Below the pieces are notes generated by a model that ran no database searches, was not told the origin of the DNA, and saw only the letters and a list, made by a program, of their open reading frames with translations. A DNA stretch of 64,000 bases, taken from an uncultured delta proteobacterium (lineage in GTDB: Bacteria > Desulfobacterota > Binatia > JACPRU01). A program made the position numbers and the translations under genes. Location: NCBI GenBank assembly GCA_963745025.1, contig CAVUWD010000019.1:192001-256000 (forward strand), written 5' to 3'. Every line of letters starts with the position of its first letter. Position 1 is the stretch's first letter. Below, one piece after another: positions 1 through 10,449 of this stretch.

Positions 1-1152
1 CGCGGCGTGCTCGAGAGCGACGATACGCGGCACATGGTCGCGGCCCTCGAGCGACTCGGCTTCGCGATCCAGTGGAATCGTCCGACGGCGACGATCGAGG
101 TAGGCGGCCGCGGCGGGCTGATCCCCGCGCCAGGCGCGGAGCTCTTCGGCGGAAACGCCGGTACGACCGTCCGCTTCCTCACCAGTCTCGTGGCGCTCGG
201 CCGCGGGCGGTTCCGGATCGACGGAGACGTGCGGATGCGCGAGCGGCCCATCCAGGATCTGCTCGATGCGCTGACGGCGCTCGGAGTCGCCGCGGTGAGC
301 GAACGCGGCAACGGCTGCCCACCGGTGATCGTCGAGGCGGCCGGGATACCGGGAGGAGGGGCGCGTGTCGCCGGCGAGACCTCGAGTCAGTTCACGAGCT
401 CGATCCTGCTGGTCGCGCCGTATACAGCGCGCGGCGTGCGTCTGACGATCGTCGGCACGCCGGTCGGCGCGCCGTTCGTCGACATGACGCTCGGCCTCAT
501 GCGCCGCGCTGGCGTCGAGACCGATCGGCAAGGTGACACGATTTCGGTCGCGCCGGGACAGCGCTATCGGAGCGGAGAGGCGACGATCGAGCCCGACGCG
601 ACGGCCGCTTCCTATTTTCTCGCCGCCGCCGCTCTCGTTGGCGGGGAAGTGAACGTCCGCGGGATCGGCGCTCGTTCGCTGCAAGGAGACGTCGCGTTCG
701 CCGACGTGCTTTCGCGAATGGGTGCCGAGGTGCGGCGCGAAGCGGATGGGATCGTCGTGCGCGGCAGAGAGCTCCGCGGCGTCGATTTCGACTTCCGTGG
801 GATCTCCGACACGTTTCTCACCGCCGCGGCGCTCGCGCCGTTCGCCTCTTCGCCTACCCGCCTCCGCGGCATCGGCCATACCCGTCGACAGGAGACGGAT
901 CGCGTGTCCGCGGTGGCACGCGAGCTCTCGCGGCTGGGCGTCCACGTTCGCGAGTCGGAGGATGAGCTCGTGATCGAGCCCTCTCCGGTGCACGGTGGCG
1001 AAATCGAGACGTACGACGATCACCGCATGGCGATGAGCTTCGCGCTGATCGGCCTTCGGGTGCCGGGGATCCGCATCCGCAATCCTGGTTGCGTGGACAA
1101 GACGTTCCCGGATTTCTTCCGATGTTTGGAGTCCCTGCGGCAAGCCGACTAG
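1..1152 (+). CDS. aroA: 3-phosphoshikimate 1-carboxyvinyltransferase (EPSP synthase), 5' end outside window
   Basis: Motifs GNAGTTVRFL, RMRERPI, SSQF, RRQETDR, DDHRMAMSF, KTFPDFF. Confidence 0.97.
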   Translation, partial: RGVLESDDTRHMVAALERLGFAIQWNRPTATIEVGGRGGLIPAPGAELFGGNAGTTVRFLTSLVALGRGRFRIDGDVRMRERPIQDLLDALTALGVAAVSERGNGCPPVIVEAAGIPGGGARVAGETSSQFTSSILLVAPYTARGVRLTIVGTPVGAPFVDMTLGLMRRAGVETDRQGDTISVAPGQRYRSGEATIEPDATAASYFLAAAALVGGEVNVRGIGARSLQGDVAFADVLSRMGAEVRREADGIVVRGRELRGVDFDFRGISDTFLTAAALAPFASSPTRLRGIGHTRRQETDRVSAVARELSRLGVHVRESEDELVIEPSPVHGGEIETYDDHRMAMSFALIGLRVPGIRIRNPGCVDKTFPDFFRCLESLRQAD

Positions 1153-1162
1153 GCTCGGACGG

Positions 1163-1858
1163 ATGCGGCCGAAGGGATTGATCATCGCCATCGACGGGCC
1201 TGCCGGGGCGGGAAAGAGCACGGTGGCCCGAGAGCTCTCGCGGCGGCTCGGCTACGTCTATGTCGACACCGGCGCCATGTACCGGGTCGTCGGCCTGCTC
1301 GCTCGCGAGCGGGGCATCGGCCCCGACGAGGGGGCGCGGCTCGGCGAACTGGCCGATGGCCTCGACATCCGCTTCGAGGCGCGGCCCGAAGCCAACCAAG
1401 CGGTCTACGCCGACGGACGCGACGTGACGGCGGCGATTCGCGACCAGCCGATCGGCGAATGGGCCTCCAAAGTCTCGACCCAGGGGGAAGTTCGCGAGCG
1501 CATGGTTGCCGCGCAACGCCGCATCGCTCGCGAAGGCGGGGCGGTGCTCGAGGGTCGCGACATCGGTACGGTGGTATTCCCCGACGCCGACCTCAAGTTC
1601 TATCTGGATGCTTCCGCCGAGGAGCGGGGCCTCCGTCGCTACGGTCAGCTCCGCGAACGCGGCGAGCCTGCGGTGCTCGCCGAGATCGTCGCCGAAATCG
1701 CGGAGCGCGACCGGCGGGATCGGTCGCGCGCGCACTCGCCGTTACGTCGCGCGCCCGACGCCGAGCGAGTCGATACGACGCGCCGTTCAGCGGAAGAGGT
1801 CCTCGCGCTCCTGCTCGAGCGCTGTCGTGAACGGCTTCAGGGGCAACAAAAGCCTTGA
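1163..1858 (+). CDS. cmk: Cytidylate kinase
   Basis: IAIDGPAGAGKST P-loop, DTGAMYR, EGRDIGTVVFPDA; aroA-cmk-rpsA synteny. Confidence 0.97.
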   Translation: MRPKGLIIAIDGPAGAGKSTVARELSRRLGYVYVDTGAMYRVVGLLARERGIGPDEGARLGELADGLDIRFEARPEANQAVYADGRDVTAAIRDQPIGEWASKVSTQGEVRERMVAAQRRIAREGGAVLEGRDIGTVVFPDADLKFYLDASAEERGLRRYGQLRERGEPAVLAEIVAEIAERDRRDRSRAHSPLRRAPDAERVDTTRRSAEEVLALLLERCRERLQGQQKP

Positions 1859-1994
1859 ATCGAACGAGGCACAGATGTAGAGAAAGAAGGCTTAAGCTGC
1901 CGACGCCGCCGACAAGCCCGTACATTCCTGCCGTAGTGCTTGAGCGGTGACGAGCGTCTTGCGAGAAATCGGGAAAGGGGATCTCAAAAAATCA

Positions 1995-3750
1995 ATGGAT
2001 AGTGACAAGGACCAACATTCATCCGCGCCCAAACGCGAGGAGGTGGAAGATTTCGGGGCGCTGTTCGAAAACAGCCTGAAGACCATCAAGCCCGGGGAAG
2101 TCGTACGAGGACACGTCGTGCAGGTGACGCGCGATTACGTCACGGTCGACATCGGCTACAAGTCCGAAGGCCAGATCCCGATCCAGGAGTTTCTCGGCCG
2201 CGACGGCGACGTCGACGGTGCACGAAGGCGACGAGGTCGACGTCTACTTCGAGTCGAGCGACAGGAGAGAACGGCGGCATCGTCGCTGTCGCGCCAGAAG
2301 GCCGAGCAGCTCAAGGTGTGGCGCGACATCGAGCAGGCCTTCGAGGCGCGACGGCGCCGTCGAGGGCACGATCGTCGGCAAGGTGAAGGGCGGCCTCAAG
2401 GTCGACATCGGCGTCGCCGCGTTCCTGCCCGGGCTCGCATGCCGACATCCGTCCCGCCCGCAATCTCGATCGCTACATCGGCCAGCGCGGCCGCTTCGCC
2501 ATCCTCAAGTTCAATCGCTCGCGCGGCAACGTGGTCGTTTCGCGCCGCGCCGTGCTCGAGCGCGAGCGCGACGGCGCTCAAGGAAGAGACGCTCAAGGTG
2601 CTCGAGGAGGGCGTCATCCTCGAGGGCACGTGAAGAACATCACCGACTACGGCGCCTTCGTCGATCTCGGCGGCATCGACGGCCTGCTGCACGTCACCGA
2701 CATGTCGTGGGGACGGGTGTCGGCATCCGTCCGAGGTGCGTCAACGTCGGCGACAGCGTGAAGGTCGTCGTGCTCAAGTACGATCCCGAGCGCGAGCGCG
2801 TCTCGCTCGGCATGAAGCAGATCATGCCCGATCCGTGGAGCGACGGTCGCGCGAGCGCTATCCGATCGGCACGCGCGTGCACGGCAAGGTCGTGAGCCTC
2901 ACCGACTACGGCGCGTTCGTCGAGCTCGAGCAGGGCGTCGAGGGCCTGGTCCACGTCTCCGAGATGTCGTGGACCAAGCGGGTCACGCATCCGCTCGAAG
3001 GTCTTGCGAGGTGACAGGAGGTCGACGTGCAGGTGCTCGACGTCGATCCGCAGAACCGGCGCATCTCGCTCGGGCTGAAGCAGACCGAGCCGAATCCGTG
3101 GGAGATGGTGCGCGTCAACCACCCGGTCGGCAGTCACGTCACGGGGCAAGGTGAAGAGCATCACCGACTTCGGCATCTTCGTCGGGGTCGACGAAGGCAT
3201 CGACGGGCTGGTGCACGTCTCCGATCTCCACTGGACGAAGAAGATCAAGCACCCCTCCGAGCTCTACAAGAAGGGCGACGACGTCGAGGCGGTCGTGCTC
3301 GGCGATCGACGTCGACAACGAGCGCATCTCGCTCGGCATCAAGCAGCTGACTCGACGATCCGTGGGCGACGCGTCCCGCGAGCGCTATCCCGTCGGCAGC
3401 CGCGTGCACGGCAAGGTGACCAGCGTCACCGACTTCGGCGTCTTCGTCGAGATCGAGGAGGGCATCGAGGGTCTCATCCACGTCTCGCAGCTCTCGACCG
3501 AGCGCGTCGACAAGCCGCAGAGCCTCTACAAGCCCGGCGACGAGGTCGAGGCCGAGGTCACCAGCATCGACCCGCAAGGAGCGCCGATCGGCTCTGTCGA
3601 TCAAGGCGCTGCGTCGCTCGCGAGGAGCGCGCCGAAGTCGAGACCTACCTTCGTCGCGAACGCGAGAACGCGCGCTTCTCGTTCGAGGACATCCTGAGCG
3701 AGGAGTTGCCGCTCGACCGCGACGAGAACGCCGAGACGAAGAAGCCCTAG
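1995..3750 (+). CDS. rpsA: 30S ribosomal protein S1, multiple frameshifts (probably sequencing error)
   Basis: S1 repeats spread over several frames: [78 protein letters not shown]. Confidence 0.95.
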
Positions 3751-3764
3751 GCTCCGGCGTCGCC

Positions 3765-4655
3765 ATGCCACGACGTCACCCGATCCTCAGGGGCCTGTTG
3801 GTTCTGTCAGCGATCGGGTTCGTCGTCATCGTGGCGCTCGCCGCGTTCTCCTATCTGAAGAGCGAGGGCATCGCCCTTCTCTCGAAGAATGCCGTGGCGA
3901 TCGTCACGGTCGAGGGCGTGATCGAGAATTCGCGCGAGATCGTTCGCACGCTCGACCGGTTGGCGAAGAACGACGGCGTCCGTGCGGTCGTGCTGCGCGT
4001 CGACTCGCCGGGCGGGGCGGTTGCTCCTTCGCAGGAAATCTACGATGCGGTGCTGCGCGTGCGCGAGAAGAAGCCGGTCGTCGCCTCGCTCGGCGGCGTC
4101 GCCGCTTCGGGTGGCTATTACGTCGCCAGTGGATGCGATGTGATCGTCGCCAATCCCGGGACGCTCACCGGCTCGATCGGCGTGATCCTGCAGACGGGCA
4201 ACGTCTCCGAGCTTCTGAAAAAGGTCGGCATCCAGGGAGTGATCGTCAAGGCCGGTAAGTTCAAAGACATCGGATCGCCGCTGCGGGAGATGAGCGAGGA
4301 AGAGAAACGCTTGCTCGATGATTTGCTGCAGAACGTTCATACGCAGTTCATCGCGGCCGTCTCCAGAGGTCGGAAGCTGCCGGTGGAGCAGGTGCGGCAA
4401 CTCGCCGACGGCCGGATCTATTCGGGTGAGCAAGCGCACGACCTGAAGCTGGTCGACCAGCTGGGCGGGCTCCGCGACGCGGTTCAGCTCGCGGCGGAGC
4501 GCGCGGGCATCTCCGGCGAGCCGAGCTGGATCGAGATCGAGAAGCGCCAGCCGCCGTGGTGGTGGCGGCGCCTGACTGGCCTCATGGAGAACGGACCGGA
4601 GAGCTTTGGCGGCCTCCAATTTCTCTTCTCCGGCCCCTGGGGCACGTCCGGGTAA
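3765..4655 (+). CDS. sppA: Signal peptide peptidase SppA (36K type, S49)
   Basis: N-terminal TM helix, LRVDSPGG, AASGGYY, TGSIGV, DGRIYSG. Confidence 0.95.
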   Translation: MPRRHPILRGLLVLSAIGFVVIVALAAFSYLKSEGIALLSKNAVAIVTVEGVIENSREIVRTLDRLAKNDGVRAVVLRVDSPGGAVAPSQEIYDAVLRVREKKPVVASLGGVAASGGYYVASGCDVIVANPGTLTGSIGVILQTGNVSELLKKVGIQGVIVKAGKFKDIGSPLREMSEEEKRLLDDLLQNVHTQFIAAVSRGRKLPVEQVRQLADGRIYSGEQAHDLKLVDQLGGLRDAVQLAAERAGISGEPSWIEIEKRQPPWWWRRLTGLMENGPESFGGLQFLFSGPWGTSG

Positions 4656-4844
4656 TCCTCCCGCCGCAGAATGATGCGACCGCTTTCGCATCGTTGCGCG
4701 ATCGCACCGAGGGATGCCGACGCGGCCTGGCGCGCGACCCACCGCCGCGGCCCAGATGACCCAGATTTGCCATACCCCTCGCGGGTTGACGTCGGCGGGC
4801 CGACAGAGCGAAAGTAGCGAACAAATCCGAGGCGAGGGCGTCAG

Positions 4845-5189
4845 ATGACCAAACGCGAGCTGATCGACGAGGTGATGAAGCTCTACCCACGCTTCTCACG
4901 GCGCGACGCCGAGATCATGGTCAACGCCGTGTTCGACAGCATGACCGAGGCGCTCTCGCGCGACGAGCGCATCGAAGTCCGCGGGTTCGGTAGCTTCGTC
5001 GTCAAGCATCGCCAAGCGCGCGAAGGCCGAAATCCAAAGACCGGGGAGCTCGTGTCGGTGGCCGCCAAGCGACTGCCATTCTTCAAAGTGGGCAAGGAGC
5101 TGAAGCTCCGCGTCGACGGCCGGCCCGTTCCCGACTCCGATGACGGCGGCAGCACGATCAGCGGCGGAGAGGAATTCCACGAGGGCTAA
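4845..5189 (+). CDS. ihfB: Integration host factor beta subunit
   Basis: MTKRELI, RIEVRGFGSF, GRNPKTGE, PFFKVGKELK; follows rpsA-sppA. Confidence 0.9.
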   Translation: MTKRELIDEVMKLYPRFSRRDAEIMVNAVFDSMTEALSRDERIEVRGFGSFVVKHRQAREGRNPKTGELVSVAAKRLPFFKVGKELKLRVDGRPVPDSDDGGSTISGGEEFHEG

Positions 5190-5273
5190 TGCCCTTCGTC
5201 GGCCGTTGCCTTCGATCGCGACCAACGGGAGCGATCTGGTTAATTGCCGCTGCGATCGGGCGTCGAAGACGCC

Positions 5274-5780
5274 ATGAAGGTGCTGTGGGCACCCTGGCGG
5301 ATGACTCTGATCTCCGCACCGAAGCAGAAGGGGTGTATCTTCTGCCAGTTACCGCGCGGCAAGAGCGCTCGCGACGGCTTGGTCCTCGTGGTCACCCGCT
5401 CCTCGGTCGTGATGTTGAACAAGTTTCCTTACAACAGCGGCCATCTGATGGTCGCACCGCGGCGCCACCTCGCCGATCTCGAGCGACTCACGGCCGCGGA
5501 GCGTCGGGAGATCGGTGACACGCTTCATCGCGCCGCGGCGATTGTCCGGCGCGAATTCCGTCCGCACGGCATGAACATTGGGATGAATCTCGGCGCAGCC
5601 GCCGGCGCGGGCATCGCCGATCATCTTCACTGGCACGTCGTGCCACGCTGGAACGGCGACACCAACTTCATGCCCGCGCTCGGCGCCGTGAAGGTCATGC
5701 CGGAGCACCTGCTCGAAACCTACGATCGCCTCCACACGCACTTCGCGCCGTGGCCGAGGAGAGCGCCGAAACGACGCTGA
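5274..5780 (+). CDS. HIT-family protein (Ap4A phosphorylase/FHIT-like)
   Basis: LWAPWR, CIFC, LNKFPYNSGHLMV, HLHWHVVPRW.GD.NFM. Confidence 0.9.
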   Translation: MKVLWAPWRMTLISAPKQKGCIFCQLPRGKSARDGLVLVVTRSSVVMLNKFPYNSGHLMVAPRRHLADLERLTAAERREIGDTLHRAAAIVRREFRPHGMNIGMNLGAAAGAGIADHLHWHVVPRWNGDTNFMPALGAVKVMPEHLLETYDRLHTHFAPWPRRAPKRR

Positions 5781-5853
5781 TTCCGGCCGGGTTGCCCCTG
5801 TGGAACGCGGCCCCTATAATCCCTCGCATCCGACGATTCTCTCGGCTCCGCAC

Positions 5854-7271
5854 ATGACGAGACCACAGAAGACTCTGGGCGACTTGAAGCGCGCCGGCAT
5901 CCACGTCCTTCCGGTTCGCGAGGAGATGCGCCGCAACCTCATCGATCGCATGACGCGCCGCGAGCGTATTCTGCCGGGCATCATCGGCTACGACGACACC
6001 GTCGTCCCGGAGATCGAGAACGCGATCCTCGCCGGTCACCACATGGTGTTCCTCGGCGAGCGCGGCCAGGCGAAGAGCCGCATCATCCGCGGCCTCGTCG
6101 ACGCTGCTCGACGCGGACGTCCCGGTCGTCGCCGGCTGCGAGATCAACGACGATCCCTTCGCGCCGATCTGCCGCGCGTGCCGCCGCCGCGCTCGCCGAG
6201 CGAGGGCGACGCGCTGCCGATCGCCTGGCTCGGCGCGCGACGCACCGCTACGGCGAGAAGCTCGCCACGCCCGACGTCTCGATCGCCGACCTGATCGGCG
6301 AGATCGACCCGGTGAAGGTCGCCGAGGGCCGCTACCTCGCCGACGAGGAGACCATCCACTACGGGCTCGTGCCGCGCACCAACCGCGGCATCTTCGCCAT
6401 CAACGAGCTGCCCGACCTGACCGAGAAGGTGCAGGTCGGTCTCTTCAACCTGATGGAGGAGAAGGACGTCCAGATCAAAGGCTACAAGGTCCGTCTGCCG
6501 CTCGACGTGGTCATCGTCGCCAGCGCGAACCCCGAGGACTACACCAGCCGCGGCCGCATCATCACGCCGCTCAAGGACCGCTTCGACGTGCAGATCCGCA
6601 CTCACTATCCGCGCACGATCGAGGACGAGATCGCCATCATGGAGCAGGAGGTGCCGGCGCGCGACCGCGCACGCCGCGGCCGCTGCGCGTTCCGCCGTTC
6701 CTGAAGGAGATCCTCGCCCAGCTGACGATCGAGGCGCGGGCCTCGAACGAGATCAACCAGTCGTCGGGCGTGAGCGTGCGCGTCACCATCAACAACTACG
6801 AGAGCCTTCTCTCGAACGCCGAGAAGCGCGCGCGTGCGACTCGGCGAGCCGGAGATCGTTCCGCGCCTCAGCGACCTGCCAGCTCTGTCTCGCCTCGACG
6901 GCCGGCAAGATCGAGCTCGAGTACGTCGGCGAGGACGAAGGAGGAAGAGGATCTGATCGAGCGTCTGATCAACCGCGCCGATCCTCAAGATCTTCGACAA
7001 GTACCTGAAGGTCGAGGAGCTGCAAGCAGGTCATCGAGTACTTCGAGGCGGGCTGGGGCGTCGAGGTGTCCGACACGATGCCCGTCGGAGGACTATCTGC
7101 GAGGGCATTCGAGCCGATTCCCGGGCCTCCGCGAGGGCATTCGCGCGCTCGGACCCTTCGAGAGCCCGGGGCTGCATGGCCGCCGCTACCGAGTTCGTGC
7201 TCGAGGGGCTGCATCTCCACCAGAAGCTCAACAAGGAACAGGAGGGCGCTCGGTACGTGTATCGGGCATAG
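5854..7271 (+). CDS. Magnesium-chelatase-like AAA+ ATPase, frameshifted
   Basis: Walker-A variant [44 protein letters not shown] across frames; TAG at 7269-7271. Confidence 0.88.
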
Positions 7272-7274
7272 GAT

Positions 7275-7335
7275 GGGCTAGGGGCTGCGGGAAAGGCATC
7301 ACAGGGTCTTTCTGTAGCCGGTAGCCCGTAGCCGG
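7275..7335. repeat. Heptamer-armed palindromic intergenic element, copy 1
   Basis: GGGCTA/GGCTGC left arm, core GAAAGGCATCACAGGGTCTTTC, right arm of GTAGCCG-like units; resembles copies at 38938, 43401, 45139. Confidence 0.7.
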
Positions 7336-7342
7336 CGTTTCC

Positions 7343-8930
7343 ATGTTCCGCAGCCGATACACCCGCTGGGACGGCAGTCAGCGGATCCAGCTGACGCCGT
7401 CGCAAGTCTTCGAAAAGCTCTCGGAGTACCTCTCGTTCACCGACGACCTGCAGCAGGCGATGGACTGGCTGCTGCGTCAGGGAATGGAGTGGGAGGGTGC
7501 GCGGGTCGTCGGTCTCGACGATCTGCTCGAGCAGTTGCGCGAGGAGATGCGCAAGCGTTACCGCGAGTTCAACCTGGACCATTCGCTCGACGACGCTGCG
7601 CGACAAGCTCGACGGAGATCGTCGATCTCGAACGCTCGGCCCTGGAGCAGATGGGCGAACGCGGAAACGAGAAGCGCGAGTTTCTCGACCGGCTGCCGTT
7701 GCGCCTCGCCAGGCGATCGAGCAGCTTCAGCAATACCGATTCGAGGATCGCGACGCGGAGCGGGATTTTCGAGAACCTCCTCGAGGAGCTCGGTAACATC
7801 CGCGATCTCGAGGAGTTCCAGTCGGCGGTACGGGGATCTCTTCCACGGACAACAGTCGCTCGAATACGGCGAGGCCGTCGAACTGATGCGCGAGATGGAG
7901 CGGTTGAAGAAGCTCGAGGAAGATCTCTTCTCGGGGAACCTCGGCGGCCTGGATCTCGAGTCGATCCGCGAGCTGCTCGGCGCCCAGGCTGCGCAGGACG
8001 TGCAGACGCTGCAGCGGATCATGAAGATGCTCGGGGACTCGGGTTACGTCCTGCAGCAAAGCGGCCGCCAGAAGCTTTCGCCGAAGGGCGTCCGCAAGAT
8101 CGGGCAGCTCGCGCTGCGCGACATCTACGAGAATCTGCTTCGCGATCGGCTCGGGGATCATTCGGCGGACCAGCGGGGCCCGGTCGAGATTCGTCCGGAA
8201 GAGAGTCGCCCCTACGAATACGGCGACCCGCTCCACCTCGACCTCGTGGCGACCCTGAAGAAGGCGCTGACCCGCCGCCGGGGCACGCCGCTGGCGCTCG
8301 AGCCGGGCGACTTCGAGATCTTGCGTACGGACGCGACGACGACGACGTCCACCGTGCTGCTCCTCGACATGAGCTGGTCGATGAGCTGGGAGGGGCGATT
8401 CGCGGCGGCGAAGAAGGTGGCGATGGCGCTCGAGAGCTTGCTGCGCTCGCGCTATCCGCGTGACTACTTCGGCATGGTCGGATTCTTCACGCGCGCCGTG
8501 GAGCTCAAGCTGAGGGACCTGCCCGAGGCCTAGCTGGAACATGGGCGACCCGTTCACGAATCTCCAGGACGGCCTTCGGCTGGCGGGGGATCTCCTGGCG
8601 AAGCATCCGAGCCGCAACCGACACATCATCGTCATCACCGACGGACAACCGACCGCGTATTTCTCGCGGGGCCGCCTCTACTGCGAATGGCCGCTGTCGT
8701 TCGGCGGCATCAGCACGCGCGCCGCGGCGGAGACGCTGAAGGAGGTCGAGCGGGTGACGCGGCGAGGCATCGTGATCAACACGTTCATGCTCGACGACAG
8801 CCCACCGCTACGCGCGTTCGTCGAACGCATGACGCGCATCAACAAGGGCCGAGCGCTGTACACCCGACCGGACCACCTCGGCGAATACCTGCTGATCGAC
8901 TATCTGGGACGACGCCGGAAGAAGGTGTGA
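7343..8930 (+). CDS. VWA-domain partner of the AAA+ ATPase, frameshifted
   Basis: RYTRWDG start, MIDAS motifs LLLDMSWSM and ITDGQPT, TNLQDGL; +1 shift at about 8531 and indels at about 7600-7830. Confidence 0.88.
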
Positions 8931-9015
8931 GCGCCGCCGCCACCAACCTTCCGTAGCGAGTCCGCTGCCCAAGAAGTCCGCTGGTCGAAGCCTCCCTCTT
9001 GCGCTTGAGGGACCC

Positions 9016-9043
9016 TTGACGACGCCAAGCTCGGTCTTACCTT
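9016..9043 (+). promoter_or_regulatory. Possible sigma70 promoter for the hsp20 pair
   Basis: TTGACG-16 nt-TACCTT upstream of SD AAGGAGG and ATG 9074. Confidence 0.4.
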
Positions 9044-9073
9044 GTGGTGCGTTGGGTGAACAAGGAGGTGTTT

Positions 9074-9520
9074 ATGCCGCTCATTCGATTCTCGCCCGAT
9101 CTCGATCCGGTAGACGGCTTGCTCTCATTGCAGCGGGAGCTGGGTCGCGTACTCGAGAGCCCGTTTGGTTCCGAACTCGGCCCGTCGGGTCGAGGGGTCT
9201 ACCCGCCGATGAACGCATTCTCCGACCGCGAGGACTACGTGCTTCGCATGGAGGTTCCGGGGATCGCCCCGGAGAATCTCAAGATCGAGAGTCACGGCAG
9301 GACACTGACCGTGTCTGGAAAGCGCGAGATCAAGACCCCCGAAAACGGCAGCTTCCATCGTCGTGAACGCGATAGTGGTGAGTTTTCGCGCTCGTTGCAG
9401 CTTCCGTCCGAGCTAGATCTCTCGCGGGCAGAGGCCTCGTGCAAGCACGGAATTCTCACGATTCGCCTGCCGAAGAAGGAAGAGGCGAAGCCGCGACAGA
9501 TCACGGTTCATGCCGTGTGA
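9074..9520 (+). CDS. Hsp20/alpha-crystallin small heat shock protein
   Basis: YPPMN, MEVPG, LTVSGKR, RERDSGEFSRSLQLP, GILTIRLPK. Confidence 0.95.
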   Translation: MPLIRFSPDLDPVDGLLSLQRELGRVLESPFGSELGPSGRGVYPPMNAFSDREDYVLRMEVPGIAPENLKIESHGRTLTVSGKREIKTPENGSFHRRERDSGEFSRSLQLPSELDLSRAEASCKHGILTIRLPKKEEAKPRQITVHAV

Positions 9521-9557
9521 GAAGCGCGCCAACCGCTTCGCAAAGGAGGAAATGGGC

Positions 9558-9956
9558 ATGACGGAACAAGAACTGCCCGTACGGAGCAAGCAGGAAGTCA
9601 GCCGCGAGGAACCGACACGACCCGGCCGGACGTATCAGCCCGACGTAGACATCTACGAGACTCCTAATGCCCTTTGGCTGTGGGCGGACATGCCGGGCGT
9701 GGACGGAACACAGATCAACGTGAACCTCGCCGACGGCGTGCTGACGCTCGAGGGGAGGGTGGCTCTCGAGGACTACAAAAATCTGTCCCCTATCTACACC
9801 GAATACAACGTAGGGAACTATCTGCGCCGATTCATGATCTCGAGCGACATCAACACGGACGAGATCAAAGCGCGGGTGACGAACGGCGTGCTCGAGCTCG
9901 AGCTCCCGAAGACGGAGCGAGCGAAGCCACGCCGGATCTCCGTCTCGACCGCCTAG
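9558..9956 (+). CDS. Hsp20/alpha-crystallin small heat shock protein
   Basis: PDVDIYET, ADMPGV, GVLTLEG, NGVLELELPK; SD AAAGGAGG. Confidence 0.95.
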   Translation: MTEQELPVRSKQEVSREEPTRPGRTYQPDVDIYETPNALWLWADMPGVDGTQINVNLADGVLTLEGRVALEDYKNLSPIYTEYNVGNYLRRFMISSDINTDEIKARVTNGVLELELPKTERAKPRRISVSTA

Positions 9957-9996
9957 TCAACGCGATCCACGACTCTGGTCCGAAGCTCCAATCGGG

Positions 9997-10028
9997 GGGG
10001 TAGCACCAGCAGCGGTGCTCCCCCTCTT
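9997..10028 (+). terminator. Possible intrinsic terminator after the hsp20 genes
   Basis: GGGG(T)AGCACC / GGTGCTCCCC stem with only a weak TCTT tail. Confidence 0.35.
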
Positions 10029-10083
10029 CGCATCTTCCGGGCCGCGTGGTTGAAGCGGATGAAGGACTTGAGGAGAGGCGAAG

Positions 10084-10422
10084 ATGAACTGGACTTTGGT
10101 CGGATCGCTGATGGCTCTGGTCAGCGTCGGTGCGGGGGCATTCGGTGCCCATGGTCTGAAGTCCCACATCACGGTCGCGCGAATGGAGACCTTCGAGGTC
10201 GCCGTTCGTTACCAGATGTATCACGCGGTCGGTTTGATGCTGGCCGGGATTCTCGATGCCCAGCAGGCAGGGTGGTGCTTCTCCGGCGGGATTCTAATAT
10301 TCTCTGGAAGCCTGTACCTCTTGGTCTTGACGGAGCAGCGCTGGCTCGGAGCGATTACGCCCGTGGGCGGCTTCCTGTTTCTGGTCGGCTGGCTGCTCCT
10401 GGCCATTCACTCGAAAGAGTGA
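10084..10422 (+). CDS. DUF423 (YgdD/TMEM256) membrane protein
   Basis: GAFGAHGL, AVRYQMYHA, FSGSLY, GAITPVGG. Confidence 0.93.
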   Translation: MNWTLVGSLMALVSVGAGAFGAHGLKSHITVARMETFEVAVRYQMYHAVGLMLAGILDAQQAGWCFSGGILIFSGSLYLLVLTEQRWLGAITPVGGFLFLVGWLLLAIHSKE

Positions 10423-10449
10423 AATGAATCCCTGACAGAGTTCGGGGGC

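Noticed and set aside
8531-8533. TAG in the VWA gene as pyrrolysine or readthrough
   Set aside because: The downstream half is in the +1 frame; removing one T gives LPEASWNMGDPF, so it is an indel
8990-9070. CIRCE, HAIR or sigma32 heat-shock operator before hsp20
   Set aside because: CTTGA half-sites are present but no correctly spaced inverted repeat or CCCCAT box
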